Shown piece by piece: positions 25,816 through 35,398 of a DNA stretch of 35,398 bases. The stretch covers positions 1-35,398 of the forward strand of contig JAKLKB010000060.1 in assembly GCA_023150835.1 (NCBI GenBank), given 5' to 3'. The stretch comes from Myxococcota bacterium (GTDB lineage Bacteria; Myxococcota_C; UBA6777). Position 1 is the first letter of the stretch. Each line of letters opens with the position of its first letter. The notes under the pieces are model-generated. The model did no database searches. It had not been told where the DNA came from and saw only the letters and a program-made list of their open reading frames with translations. The position numbers and the translations under genes are program-made.

Positions 25816-27315
25816 CTAGAAACCTCTTTGCCCCCAGCATCGGTGCGTTGAATCTTTGAAGATAGCGCAAGAGATACCGTTACCTACCGCCACACGTTGG
25901 ATGCCTGTTAAACCTTGGACTTGCAGGGCTGTTCGTGTGCTGTCCGGTTTACTGCCACCGAGCTGTCCGTCGTTGTTGTTCCCCCAACAAAAAGCTGTTC
26001 CGTCGTTGGAGGTTGCGCAGGTATGCGAGGTCCCAGCGCTGATCTGAATCCCGTTGCGAAACTCCTGTACAGGCAATGGGGTGGGTTCTTGGAAGCTCCA
26101 ACCCGGGCGATCTCCCACGCCCAGATTGCCCGACAGATCAGAACCCCAACATTTGGCCGTACCGTCCTTTAAGATCGCGCAAGTCGAACTGTGCCCTGCC
26201 GAGATGTCTTGTGCCCCCGAGACTTCGATGACGAGGAGGGGATTGGGACTGGTGTTGCCAGCGGTGCCATTTCCAAGCTGACCGTTGTTGTTGTTCCCCC
26301 AACACTTGACGGTGCCGTCTTCCAAGCGGGCGCAGGTATGGGTTGAGCCAGCGGAGAGTTGTTTGATGCGGCTCAGGCCGAGGATCGGAGCGACCGCCCC
26401 AAACATGGGTGTACTGCCTGTTCCGAGTTGGCCGGCCATTCCCCATCCCCAACATACGCCTGTGCCGTCTTCTAAAAGGGCGCAGTTGTGTGCGTCTCCT
26501 GCGGTGATCTGGGTGGCGCGAGAAATGCCTTGAATCTTTTTGGGCGTGGTGGTGGTGCTGCCTGTGCCGAAGGCATCCAGTCCCCAACATCCGACGGAAC
26601 CATCTTCAAAGAGAGCACACGAATGCTTCGATCCAACAGCCAATTGTTTTGCTTTTGTGAGTCCAACGACAGCTTGAGGGGGGTCCGTGGGCGATGTTGC
26701 GCTGTGCCCGAGTTGCCCAGCATCATTTTTTCCCCAACATTGGGCGGTTTGATCTTCTAAGAGTATGCACGAGTGACCCGCACCCAAGGCAAGATCCCGA
26801 ACGGGCGCACAGCGGCCTTCTTTGCAATCCGAGAGACAAACCTTGCCACAAGCTCCGCAATTTTTCGGATCTGTTTGAACCGAGATGCAAACGTTGTTGC
26901 CGCAATCTTGTGTTCCTTGTGGGCATTGAAAGGCGCAAGAACCGTCGACACAAACATGATCGGATGGACAACCAACGCCGCAGGCTCCGCAGTGTTTTGG
27001 ATCTTTTTGCAGTGATACGCAACTCGATCCGCAAACAGCCTGATCTTTCGGGCATTCTAGGACGCAGGCTCCTTGCTTGCAGACGTGATTGGATGGGCAG
27101 GTTTTGCCGCAAGCTCCGCAGTGTTTTGGATCTGTTTGCAACAATACGCAGCTCGATCCACAACGACCTTCTTCGGGTTTGCAATTGGCTGTAGAGGCGC
27201 AGGAGGGATCCTTGCAGACAGAGGGAGTCTGGCAGCCCAGCCAAAGAGGGAACAGCCATAGAGAAAACACAGGAAATCGAACCATTGGTGAACGGAACGG
27301 AGAGCGAGTTCGCAT
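25816..27315 (-). CDS. Putative lipoprotein with Cys-rich (DPxHCGACG) repeats and RCC1/BLIP-II-like beta-propeller
   Basis: Signal with lipobox-like WLGC, three L/VQxDPK(H/N)CGACG repeats, and seven G..H.C.L..DG...CWG-type repeats. Confidence 0.85.
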   Translation of the reverse strand: MRTRSPFRSPMVRFPVFSLWLFPLWLGCQTPSVCKDPSCASTANCKPEEGRCGSSCVLLQTDPKHCGACGKTCPSNHVCKQGACVLECPKDQAVCGSSCVSLQKDPKHCGACGVGCPSDHVCVDGSCAFQCPQGTQDCGNNVCISVQTDPKNCGACGKVCLSDCKEGRCAPVRDLALGAGHSCILLEDQTAQCWGKNDAGQLGHSATSPTDPPQAVVGLTKAKQLAVGSKHSCALFEDGSVGCWGLDAFGTGSTTTTPKKIQGISRATQITAGDAHNCALLEDGTGVCWGWGMAGQLGTGSTPMFGAVAPILGLSRIKQLSAGSTHTCARLEDGTVKCWGNNNNGQLGNGTAGNTSPNPLLVIEVSGAQDISAGHSSTCAILKDGTAKCWGSDLSGNLGVGDRPGWSFQEPTPLPVQEFRNGIQISAGTSHTCATSNDGTAFCWGNNNDGQLGGSKPDSTRTALQVQGLTGIQRVAVGNGISCAIFKDSTHRCWGQRGF

Positions 27316-27773
27316 CGTGGACTCCTTACGGGGTTAGGGGGTTAGGGTTTGCGTGTTCGGAAGCATCGAAGATTCGCAAACCATTCGGGTTTTGTTCTAT
27401 GTTGAATAGAAGATTTTTTCTTTTTATAATTTTCATTATAAAAGGTATATATTGCTCGACAAAGATCGAAAATAAGTAGAGACAATTTCTTTTTGATATG
27501 ACGAACTGAGAACTTATCAAGTTTGATGCCATCATAGTTGATAAAAATATTTATAAGTAAAAACAGTATTTTATGTTATTTTTTATCAAATGGAGTTGTC
27601 GAGATTTGCGAGTGGGCGGTGTGATGGATAGGAGTGATGGATAAACGAGTTTCCAAAGACTGGTGTTTGCTTATCGAGGGGAGGCAAGTATGTTTAGGCG
27701 GTGAAGGGTTGGGTTCGTTGGTTTTGTGAGGGGGTGGAGGGGGAGGCACTACGTTGGAGGCTTTGGTTGCGGA

Positions 27774-28598
27774 TTATTTTGCATGGATGGAGAGAGAGTG
27801 TTCGAGGCGTGCGGTGTTTGCGTTGTTGTCGTCTGTGGCGATCAAGATCAGGGTGTATTGTCCGGGCTTGTGGAGGGTGATCTTGCCTTGGACGGTCCAA
27901 ACGGGATGGATGAGGGTGGGAGGGAGTCGGATGGTTTGGGGTCGGCCTGTTTGTAGGAGCTTGGGCGGGCCGGCCTCGTGACGGAGCTGGATATCGACAC
28001 GGGCGCGCAACAGGCCGTTTTTGGGCTTCAATCCGCTGATCCGTACGCGGTAGGTGATCGTGCCGGGGGGGAGGGGACCACTTTGGAGATGCGGAAAGCC
28101 GGCATTGTTGAGGATATCAAAGTCGATCAAGGCGAGTTTGCGTTTGGCTTCTTCTTCGAGAGCGCGGATGCGTTGTTCGAGAGCGGGGCCACCGAATTGA
28201 AAGCGGGTGAGTTGGCCGTTTTGGAAAGCGAGAAGCAGGTGGAAGCGTGCATTTGCGTAAAAGAGGCGATAGAGGACGCCTTTTTTTCCGTTATCGTTTG
28301 TGGCTTTGGGGGAGCGTTCGTAGCGTTGGAGGGGTCCGAAGCTGCGCAGGAGTTGATGAAGGCGAGCGAAGTCGCGGATCGAGAAGTTGATGGGCATACC
28401 TCGGGTGATCTTTAGGAATGCAGCGTGATCGTTGTGTTGGAAAGAAGCGAGGAGCTTTTTGAAGGTCTGCTCGACCGTTGGGTCTGGTGGTGGGGATGCC
28501 CGTACAGAGGGAAGAAAGAGCAAGACAGCGAAATGAAGAAAGCCAAGAAGGCCGATAATACGGTATCTCGTGGGATTGTAAACAGAAAGTTGTTCCAT
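27774..28598 (-). CDS. Hypothetical exported protein
   Basis: ATG after GGAG; hydrophobic signal ending VRA-S; C-terminal beta-rich segment (PGQYTLILIATD) suggests an Ig-like fold. Confidence 0.6.
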   Translation of the reverse strand: MEQLSVYNPTRYRIIGLLGFLHFAVLLFLPSVRASPPPDPTVEQTFKKLLASFQHNDHAAFLKITRGMPINFSIRDFARLHQLLRSFGPLQRYERSPKATNDNGKKGVLYRLFYANARFHLLLAFQNGQLTRFQFGGPALEQRIRALEEEAKRKLALIDFDILNNAGFPHLQSGPLPPGTITYRVRISGLKPKNGLLRARVDIQLRHEAGPPKLLQTGRPQTIRLPPTLIHPVWTVQGKITLHKPGQYTLILIATDDNNANTARLEHSLSIHAK

Positions 28599-28986
28599 GC
28601 GATCTTCTCCGAGGGTTGGATCGTGAGGGGGTGGTGAGGACGAAAGACCTGTGCAACGTGCCCTTGCATCGGACGTAGTGGATTTGACCGAGAGGGCCGT
28701 TGCGAGAACGAAGCAGATGTAGCACAAAAGCGGATCGAAGGAAAACGCGGTTCGAGTCGGACGGAGCCGTTCGGTTTGGGATAGGAGTTCCGCAGTTGCC
28801 AAAAAAAGCCGTGTATGCGAACGCCCAAGCGACAGAGTCGTTGTTTGGAAAACCATCGATCTTTTCGCCAACACGGGGTCAATGGAGCCGCGCCCTTAGC
28901 GCGGGGCGTGGGGTTCCAACCCCACAAAACCATTCAACTGCTTCACTTCGATACATAATCCCGATGGGAGTTTGTGATATGTGCGG

Positions 28987-29958
28987 ATGGAGGAGCGAGC
29001 GATGTTTCAGATATCGTTGTTGATCTTTTTGGGGACGCAGACGTGGATGGAGGGGACGTTGCCGTTGCCAGCGCCGATGGAGCGGCGTTTGCGTCATGTG
29101 GAGGCAACGATACGAGAAGAGGCGTTGTTGCGGTTGCGGTGTCGTCGGAATGCACACGAGCAGGAGGCGTTGTGGAGGGGACTTGGGGATGCGTTGGCGT
29201 CTGTGCGTTGGCGTGCGTTGGCGGGACTGTTGTTGTGCGATGAAAAGCAGGCGATGGAGGCGATGGTTCGGGCGAGTCGAGACGAGGCGTATTTGATTCG
29301 GCTTGCGGTGGCGCGTCGAGCGGCGCGTGTGCGAGGGAGGGATAGTTTTTTGTTGTTGCGTTCTTTGTTGGAGGATCGGCATCCGGTGGTGTATGCGTAT
29401 GCGCTGGTGGGCTTGGTGCAGCGGGGGTATGTGTTGGCGTTGCCGATGTTGCGGAGGAGACTGCGTCATTCGGATCAAGATGTTGCGCAAGAGGCGTTGT
29501 TGTTGGCGATCGAGCGGATGCGTGCGGAACGGGCGGTATCGGCGTTATGGGATGTGCTTCGGCATCGTGACGCGGGGTTGCGCGGGTTGGCGCTGCGGGT
29601 GTTGGTGTCTTTGTCGCTGTCGCGTCGGGATGTACGTCGAAAGGCGCTGCGTTGGTTGATGCGGGAGCAAGGGCGTTTGCGAGGAGATGCTCGTGGGGCG
29701 ATGGTGGCGGCTCTAGCGATCTTGGGGGAGCCGAACGGCCTGCGAGCGTATCGTCTGTTGTTGAAAGAAGGGCCGCTTGGGCCTGCAAAGGCAGGCTTGG
29801 CATTTTTGGGTTCTATGGAGGAGCCGATCGCGGTCGAGATGTTGCGGGAAGCTGCAAAAACCGCGATGATGCCGTTGCGTTTGGAGGCTGAGACTTCGTG
29901 GCAGCGGATGCAAGTGGAGATGCAGCGGTGGCGTTCTGCGGAAGAGCGTTCTTTTTGA
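28987..29958 (+). CDS. HEAT-repeat protein
   Basis: Repeated L...L.D....VR..A..AL-type units (LGDALASVRWRALAGL, LLEDRHPVVYAYALVGL, LRHSDQDVAQEALLL); start uncertain (28981-29002). Confidence 0.7.
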   Translation: MEERAMFQISLLIFLGTQTWMEGTLPLPAPMERRLRHVEATIREEALLRLRCRRNAHEQEALWRGLGDALASVRWRALAGLLLCDEKQAMEAMVRASRDEAYLIRLAVARRAARVRGRDSFLLLRSLLEDRHPVVYAYALVGLVQRGYVLALPMLRRRLRHSDQDVAQEALLLAIERMRAERAVSALWDVLRHRDAGLRGLALRVLVSLSLSRRDVRRKALRWLMREQGRLRGDARGAMVAALAILGEPNGLRAYRLLLKEGPLGPAKAGLAFLGSMEEPIAVEMLREAAKTAMMPLRLEAETSWQRMQVEMQRWRSAEERSF

Positions 29959-30145
29959 GGGGTGCATCTGGGGGCTTGTGTTTGCGCGGGCCTGTTTTTG
30001 TGGGTGGTGGAGATCTTGTGTTGGAGGGCGGGTACGCACAGAGTTTGAGCGTGTTGGAATAAAGAGAGTGGGGGGGAAGGTTGAAAGAAGTCGAGAATGC
30101 CGCGAGATGGCGAGGCGTTCATCCCCCAGCGCAAGGGAACCGAGT

Positions 30146-30796
30146 ATGTTTGGTTTTTTGAAGCGTTCAAAGCAAAATGAATTTGAAGCGTTATCGATGC
30201 CTTACCTTGACGCGTTGTACAACGCGGCGGTGCGTTTGTGCCGCAGCGAAAGCGATGCGGAAGATCTTGTACAAGAGACGATGTTAAAAGCCTTCCGCTT
30301 TTTTCATCGTTTCGAGCAGGGGACGCATATCAAGGCTTGGCTGTTTAAGATCATGACAAACACGTTTATCAACCATTATCGCAAGCAACAGCGGGATCGC
30401 GAGGTGGTCGAAGATTGGGATTGGGATCAGATCGCCAAGCCCGATCCGAGCAGTCGGGACTTTGAGCAAAGGCTGTTTGCGCACGCGATCAGCGATCAAG
30501 TGATGGCGGCGCTCGAAGAGATCCCGTTGGACTTTCGGATGGTGGTGATGTTGGCGGATATCGAAGAGTTTGCTTACAAAGAGATCGCAGAGATCGTGGA
30601 TTGCCCGATCGGAACGGTGATGAGCCGTCTGTATCGAGGGCGTCGGATGCTTCGTAAGCTGCTGCATGGATACGCTGTCGAACATGGCATTATCGATGCT
30701 TCGTGGTCGGCTGAACATGAGCCAGACGCCAAAGTCGCGGATATGGAATCGTTTCGGCGCGTGCGTGCGGAGAAGCAGAAAGTGGGGGGCGCGTGA
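30146..30796 (+). CDS. ECF RNA polymerase sigma-70 factor
   Basis: Region 2 DAEDLVQETMLKAFR...KAWLFKIMTNTFIN and region 4 AYKEIAEIVDCPIGTVMSRLYRGR; ATG 30146 preferred. Confidence 0.93.
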   Translation: MFGFLKRSKQNEFEALSMPYLDALYNAAVRLCRSESDAEDLVQETMLKAFRFFHRFEQGTHIKAWLFKIMTNTFINHYRKQQRDREVVEDWDWDQIAKPDPSSRDFEQRLFAHAISDQVMAALEEIPLDFRMVVMLADIEEFAYKEIAEIVDCPIGTVMSRLYRGRRMLRKLLHGYAVEHGIIDASWSAEHEPDAKVADMESFRRVRAEKQKVGGA

Positions 30797-31572
30797 GTGC
30801 AATCTTGAAGAATGCGACGGAGTTTCGGTCGATGACGAAGCAAGAAAAAGAACAAATTCTCCATGCTTATTTGGACAACGAGCTTGGGGCGCGAGAGCGC
30901 GTGGAGATGGAAGAAGCCTTGGATGCAGAGCCGACGTTGCGCGCAGAACTGCGTTTTTATCGAAAGATGCGCCAACAACTGCAAGAAGCTCCACGCAAAC
31001 TGGCTTCACTCGCGTTGGCAGGGCGGATTCAGGCGCGTTTGGAGGGAGAGGTGCGAACAACCCGTTGGACGGGATTTTGGCAGGCAGGGATGGCCGCAGG
31101 GATGGCGTGTGCGATGACTGCTGTGATCTTCTTTTGGAGCCGCCAGTCCGATTCCCCGCATCTTTCGGTGGGTCCGAGTCTTGCGGGGAGCGATGCTCAA
31201 AAAGCGACGCCAACTCAAGCTGCGACCGAGCCTTTCGTTCAAGGTAGCACACCCGTCGCCGAAGGCTCGCGGCCCTCCGCGAACGAACAAAACCGTGATG
31301 CTCCGTCTGAGTCGATGTTTCCTGCCGAATCGACGCCAAACGACACGCGATTGTTGCGTTGCCCACGCAAGTACAAAGCATGGTTGCGACAGCGCGCTCA
31401 AGAACGCCAAAAAGCGCAACGCCTCCAAGCCTTGCGCCTGTTGCGGATGTACCACCCTTCTCTTGTTCAACCAAGAACAGTCGTTTCTGTCCCTTCCTAC
31501 CGCTTGATCCATCCCCCAACGCGGCTTCCACTCCGACCCTTGTCGCGATCATCTCGTTCTACCCGTCCTTAG
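30793..31572 (+). CDS. Putative transmembrane anti-sigma factor
   Basis: GTGA overlap with the sigma stop; N-terminal LHAYLDNEL...E...E..L anti-sigma-like segment without the HxxxCxxC zinc ligands; one central TM helix. Confidence 0.75.
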   Translation: MSAILKNATEFRSMTKQEKEQILHAYLDNELGARERVEMEEALDAEPTLRAELRFYRKMRQQLQEAPRKLASLALAGRIQARLEGEVRTTRWTGFWQAGMAAGMACAMTAVIFFWSRQSDSPHLSVGPSLAGSDAQKATPTQAATEPFVQGSTPVAEGSRPSANEQNRDAPSESMFPAESTPNDTRLLRCPRKYKAWLRQRAQERQKAQRLQALRLLRMYHPSLVQPRTVVSVPSYRLIHPPTRLPLRPLSRSSRSTRP

Positions 31573-31905
31573 CTTCCTAAATGTGCTGCCCTGTGCGATA
31601 GAAAACTTGCGTTTCTTGTGCGTTTTTTGTAGGTTGGCGCAGGCTTGGGGAGTCGTTGTGCGTACGTGTGCGCTCGTGATCGCGAACACAAGGATTTTTC
31701 ACGATTTTTTCACAATTCCTGCTCGTGGTTCTCGCCCAAGTCTGCAACAAAAAGATGATTTGTGCGCAAAGCACAGAGGTGTTTTGAGGTCGCAGGTTCC
31801 GACGGATCTGCGTGAATGGGAGGTTCGTGAGAGCTCGTTGGAGATCAGAACGTCCTTCAAAAAGCCGCAGAGTCGGAGAAAACTGCGCGTATGGGAGGCT
31901 TGGAG

Positions 31906-34900
31906 ATGCGTCAGCAACAGCAACAGGGCGGAGGATGGACCCAAGTCAAAGGGGGGCCGATCCATATCCCGCAGCGGTATCGGCAAGAAACGCGAGGAAC
32001 CCGCCCGCCTGCTCAGTTGGAAAATACACGGCGGCAGAGTTTTTTTCGCCAAGTGTTGCGTTTTGGTGTTTTTTTGGTGTTGGTGGGGTTTGTGACGGGC
32101 GGATGTAGCGGACTGTGGGTGTTTTCTCGCTATGCGACGGGCATTCCGTTGATTACGAGCTTGAGCCAATACAATCCCGAACTACCGACCTTTTTCTATG
32201 CCGAAGACGATCAGGTGGTGGGCGAAGTGGCCAACAAACGGCGTGTGTTGTTGCCGATCGAAAAGCTGCCCACCAAGCTGATCTACGCGCTCGTTGCAGC
32301 CGAAGATGACCGCTTCTTTCATCACGGCGGCGTCGATCCGTTGGGCGTTTTGCGAGCTGTGGTCAAAAACCTCAAGACAGGGCGGCTCAAAGCGGGTGGA
32401 TCGACTCTTTCGCAACAAGTGGCGAAAAGCTTCTTATTGGAAAGCCTCGATCTGCGGATGCAAAAAGGTCTTTGTCGCAACGATGCGCAATGTGGTTGGC
32501 GAGAGCGCTGTCAAACCAAGTCAGGTTCGCCGTATGGGACGTGTGTGGCGCGCTCTTTCAAAAACTGCGCAAAGAAGATCACGCGGATCATCCAAGGCCG
32601 TCCGATGCAGATCTATCAAGGCTTTTCAACCACTTGCGATGCACACGAAGCCTGCAAAGTCCAATGCAGCGACCGCGAAACCAACAACAGCGGCCTGTGT
32701 CCGCGCTGGATCTGCACGCCCGTGGCGACGCAACCGACTTGTCAAAGCAACGCAACTTGCGGGTTTGGGCAGCGTTGCGAAGAGGGCGAGTGCAAGCCCC
32801 AATTTGCCGCACAAGTCGCGGATATCTTGGATCGTTTGCAACGGGCAGGAGCGGTCGTTAGCAAAGTTCGTGGTCCCCAAGAAGTCTTGCAAAAGCTCGA
32901 AGGCAGTTTATTTCGTGAACGCACCGAAAAAGATGAGCAAGTACGGATCTTTGCAGAAAGAGGCGCACAAGTCGAAACACGCTCGATCCAGTCTTTGCCG
33001 GGTGTTTTGTCGGTGTACCGTTTCGCCAAAAAGAGCCTTCGCCGAAAGATCCGCGAAGCGATCTTGGCGACACGTCTCGAACGAAAGTTCACGAAAAAAG
33101 AGATCTTGTGGTTGTATCTTAACGAAAACTACTTTGGCCACCATGCCTATGGTGTCCAAGCTGCCGCCCAAAACTACTTCGGCAAAAACGTATGGGATCT
33201 GAACCTTGCGGAGATCGCGATCCTAGCGGGGCTTCCGAATGCTCCGAGCAAGTTTGATCCCTATCGTTATCCCGAACGAGCGCGCCAACGGATGAAGTAC
33301 GTTCTCAAGCGGATGTTTGAGATGGAGTTTATCACCAAAGCCGAACATGACGAGGCGTTGAACCTCAAGATCGAAACACGGTCGATCCCGGATCGTTTTC
33401 GTGTACAAACGCCCTATTTTACAGAAGAAGTACGCAAAGATATCTTGCGTCGTTATGGCAAGACCAAGCTGATGGAAGGTGGATTGCGGATCTTTACCAC
33501 CATCGATCCAGAAAAACAGATGATCGCCCGTCGTGCGTTGCGTCGTGCGCTTGAATCGCTGGATATGCGCCAAGGATATCGCGGTCCTTTGGGCCATATC
33601 CCCCGCGCACATTGGGCGGATGCAAACAAACAAGCCGCAGGTTTTTATGGCAAAGAACCACTCAAAGCGGGCCGATTGTACGGTGGTTTGATCACGGGCA
33701 TCGATCGGGGAGAACAAGTCGTGACGGTGCAGATCGGCGACCACAAGGCATCCTTGCCGCTGGCAGGGATGGCGTGGGCGCGCAAGCCCGGCTCTTCCTC
33801 GAATCCCAAGAATTACAAACGCACCCGCATCGGAGATCTGGTGAAGCGGGGAGATTGGGTGCTTGTGGAGGTTGTGAAAGATCGCAAGGCTCTCAAAACA
33901 GGCAACGCAGCGATCGATCGCAAGATCCCCGAAGAAGGCGTGTTGTTGCGTCTGCGTCAGCATCCAAAAGTCGAAGGCGCGTTGCTGTCGGTACAACCGC
34001 ACTCTGGTTATGTGGACGTGATGGTGGGTGGGTATTCGTACGCTCGCAGCGAGTTTAATCGTGCGATGCACGCTTGCCGCCAGCCGGGTTCTTCCTTTAA
34101 GCCCTTGGTGTACGCTGTGGCGATGGAAGAAGGAGAACCGCAAAAGGTCAATGGCCGCGAAGAAGTCACGCCGATCACCCCGGGAACGATCTTGCTCGAT
34201 ACACCGCTGGTTCACGACTCGGGGACGGACCCTGCGGCGGCCCGCTACAAACCGAGCAATTATTCGGGCAAGTACGAGGGCGAAGTGATGTTGCGCAACG
34301 CCTTGATCCGATCGATGAACGTCCCATCCATCCGACTGATGCTAAAAGTTGGGATCGACAAGATCGTCGATTATGCCCAAAAGTTCGGCATTACCACACA
34401 ACTTCGCAAAGAGCTTGGTTTGGCTCTTGGCCAATCTTGTGTCAAGCCGTGGGAACTGACCCAGTTTTACGCATCTGTCGCTCGCGAAGGGCGCAAACCG
34501 CGCTCAACGATGCTCAAGATGGTTTTGGATCGCGAGGATCGCGTGCTCGAAGACCACCGCTATTTTGATGATCCTTCGTTAAGTCCCGAATCCAAACTGA
34601 ATCGCCTTGAAGCCGAGATCTTCCGCGAAGAAGAACAGATCCTAAGCAAAGAAACCGCTTATCTGATCACCAACCTGATGCGTCAAGTCGTTGCCCAAGG
34701 GACGGGCTTTAAGGTGCGCAAACTTGGAAAACCTGCTGCGGGCAAAACAGGTACCACCAACGATGCCTTCGATGTGTGGTTCACAGGGTTGACGCCGTTG
34801 CATGCCACCACCGTTTGGCTTGGTTTCGACAAGAACGAAAACCCCTTGGGGGTGTGGGAAACGGGTGGCGATACGGCTGCGCCTGCTTGGGCCGAGTATA

Positions 34901-35112
34901 TGAAACAAGCGACGAAAGGCATCGAATGGGACGAATGGACAGCTCCACCGACGATCCGATGGGAGCGTGTCGATCCAAAAACAGGAAAACTCGCAAACGT
35001 CGATACACCCGGCGCGATCCGCATCCCCTTCCGAGAAGGCACACAACCCACCCAAGTGGTCGAAAAGCGTGGTCGCCTCAAGACGGGCGATGTGATGCGT
35101 GGCGATTGGTGA
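31906..35112 (+). CDS. mrcA: Penicillin-binding protein 1A (bifunctional transglycosylase/transpeptidase) with Cys-rich insertion
   Basis: TM anchor; GT51 motifs EDDRFFHHGG, GGSTLSQQVAK, RKIRE, YLNENYFG; transpeptidase SxxK (SSFK), SxN (SMN) and KTG. Start at ATG 31891 or 31906. Confidence 0.92.
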   Translation: MRQQQQQGGGWTQVKGGPIHIPQRYRQETRGTRPPAQLENTRRQSFFRQVLRFGVFLVLVGFVTGGCSGLWVFSRYATGIPLITSLSQYNPELPTFFYAEDDQVVGEVANKRRVLLPIEKLPTKLIYALVAAEDDRFFHHGGVDPLGVLRAVVKNLKTGRLKAGGSTLSQQVAKSFLLESLDLRMQKGLCRNDAQCGWRERCQTKSGSPYGTCVARSFKNCAKKITRIIQGRPMQIYQGFSTTCDAHEACKVQCSDRETNNSGLCPRWICTPVATQPTCQSNATCGFGQRCEEGECKPQFAAQVADILDRLQRAGAVVSKVRGPQEVLQKLEGSLFRERTEKDEQVRIFAERGAQVETRSIQSLPGVLSVYRFAKKSLRRKIREAILATRLERKFTKKEILWLYLNENYFGHHAYGVQAAAQNYFGKNVWDLNLAEIAILAGLPNAPSKFDPYRYPERARQRMKYVLKRMFEMEFITKAEHDEALNLKIETRSIPDRFRVQTPYFTEEVRKDILRRYGKTKLMEGGLRIFTTIDPEKQMIARRALRRALESLDMRQGYRGPLGHIPRAHWADANKQAAGFYGKEPLKAGRLYGGLITGIDRGEQVVTVQIGDHKASLPLAGMAWARKPGSSSNPKNYKRTRIGDLVKRGDWVLVEVVKDRKALKTGNAAIDRKIPEEGVLLRLRQHPKVEGALLSVQPHSGYVDVMVGGYSYARSEFNRAMHACRQPGSSFKPLVYAVAMEEGEPQKVNGREEVTPITPGTILLDTPLVHDSGTDPAAARYKPSNYSGKYEGEVMLRNALIRSMNVPSIRLMLKVGIDKIVDYAQKFGITTQLRKELGLALGQSCVKPWELTQFYASVAREGRKPRSTMLKMVLDREDRVLEDHRYFDDPSLSPESKLNRLEAEIFREEEQILSKETAYLITNLMRQVVAQGTGFKVRKLGKPAAGKTGTTNDAFDVWFTGLTPLHATTVWLGFDKNENPLGVWETGGDTAAPAWAEYMKQATKGIEWDEWTAPPTIRWERVDPKTGKLANVDTPGAIRIPFREGTQPTQVVEKRGRLKTGDVMRGDW

Positions 35113-35265
35113 ACTTTGGCGATCTGCGCAGGGGGCGGGTAGTTCGGGCTATTTGGGGAGTGGCTGTCAAGTTCTCAAACGGCAAAGTTGAGGCGTCCGG
35201 GGGATGTGTGGGGAAGGATACGAAAAAACGCGGGCATCACGCAGAGGATATCGAAAAGAAGAGTC

Positions 35266-35398
35266 CACGGAAAGCACGGAAAACACGGAAAGTACGGAAA
35301 GTACGGAAAGTACGGAAAGTACGGAAAGTACGGAAAGTACGGAAAGTACGGAAAGTACGGAAAGTACGGAAAGTACGGAAAGTACGGAAAGTACGGAA
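35266..35398. repeat. 9-bp tandem repeat (ACGGAAAGT)n running off the window end
   Basis: About 14-15 units; the first two are degenerate (acggaaagc, acggaaaac) and the rest are perfect. Confidence 0.95.

Noticed and set aside
27329-27350. Telomere-like TTAGGG pair or G-quadruplex
   Set aside because: Only two copies and three G-runs; compatible with chance.
32440-33027. Intein in PBP1A
   Set aside because: No Cys/Ser N-terminal block, no His-Asn C-terminus and no endonuclease motifs.

Overview
GC-rich bacterial chromosomal segment, probably from a myxobacterium or a relative (inferred from the Cys-rich/RCC1 surface protein, Ser/Thr kinase and ECF sigma/anti-sigma pair). The backbone carries a patatin-like phospholipase, a GT-C-type membrane glycosyltransferase, dnaE with a 449-aa LAGLIDADG intein, a PLD-family nuclease, a Ser/Thr kinase, gltX, an ECF sigma/anti-sigma pair and a PBP1A with a ~196-aa Cys-rich insertion. 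The most interesting part is a ~10-kb type I restriction-modification locus (6516-16370) with extra components: hsdM, a translationally coupled phosphoribosyltransferase-like gene, a NADAR N-glycosidase domain fused in frame to HsdS, an Rpn-like PD-(D/E)XK nuclease with an internal RBS/ATG, and hsdR. The PRTase-like/NADAR-HsdS pair is a candidate toxin/eraser module wired into the R-M complex; that function is inferred, not shown. Non-coding features include a 42-bp tandem array upstream of hsdM, three dispersed copies of a ~100-bp hairpin-led repeat, REP-like palindromes and a terminal 9-bp tandem repeat. All family assignments come from motif recognition by eye; no database searches were run.
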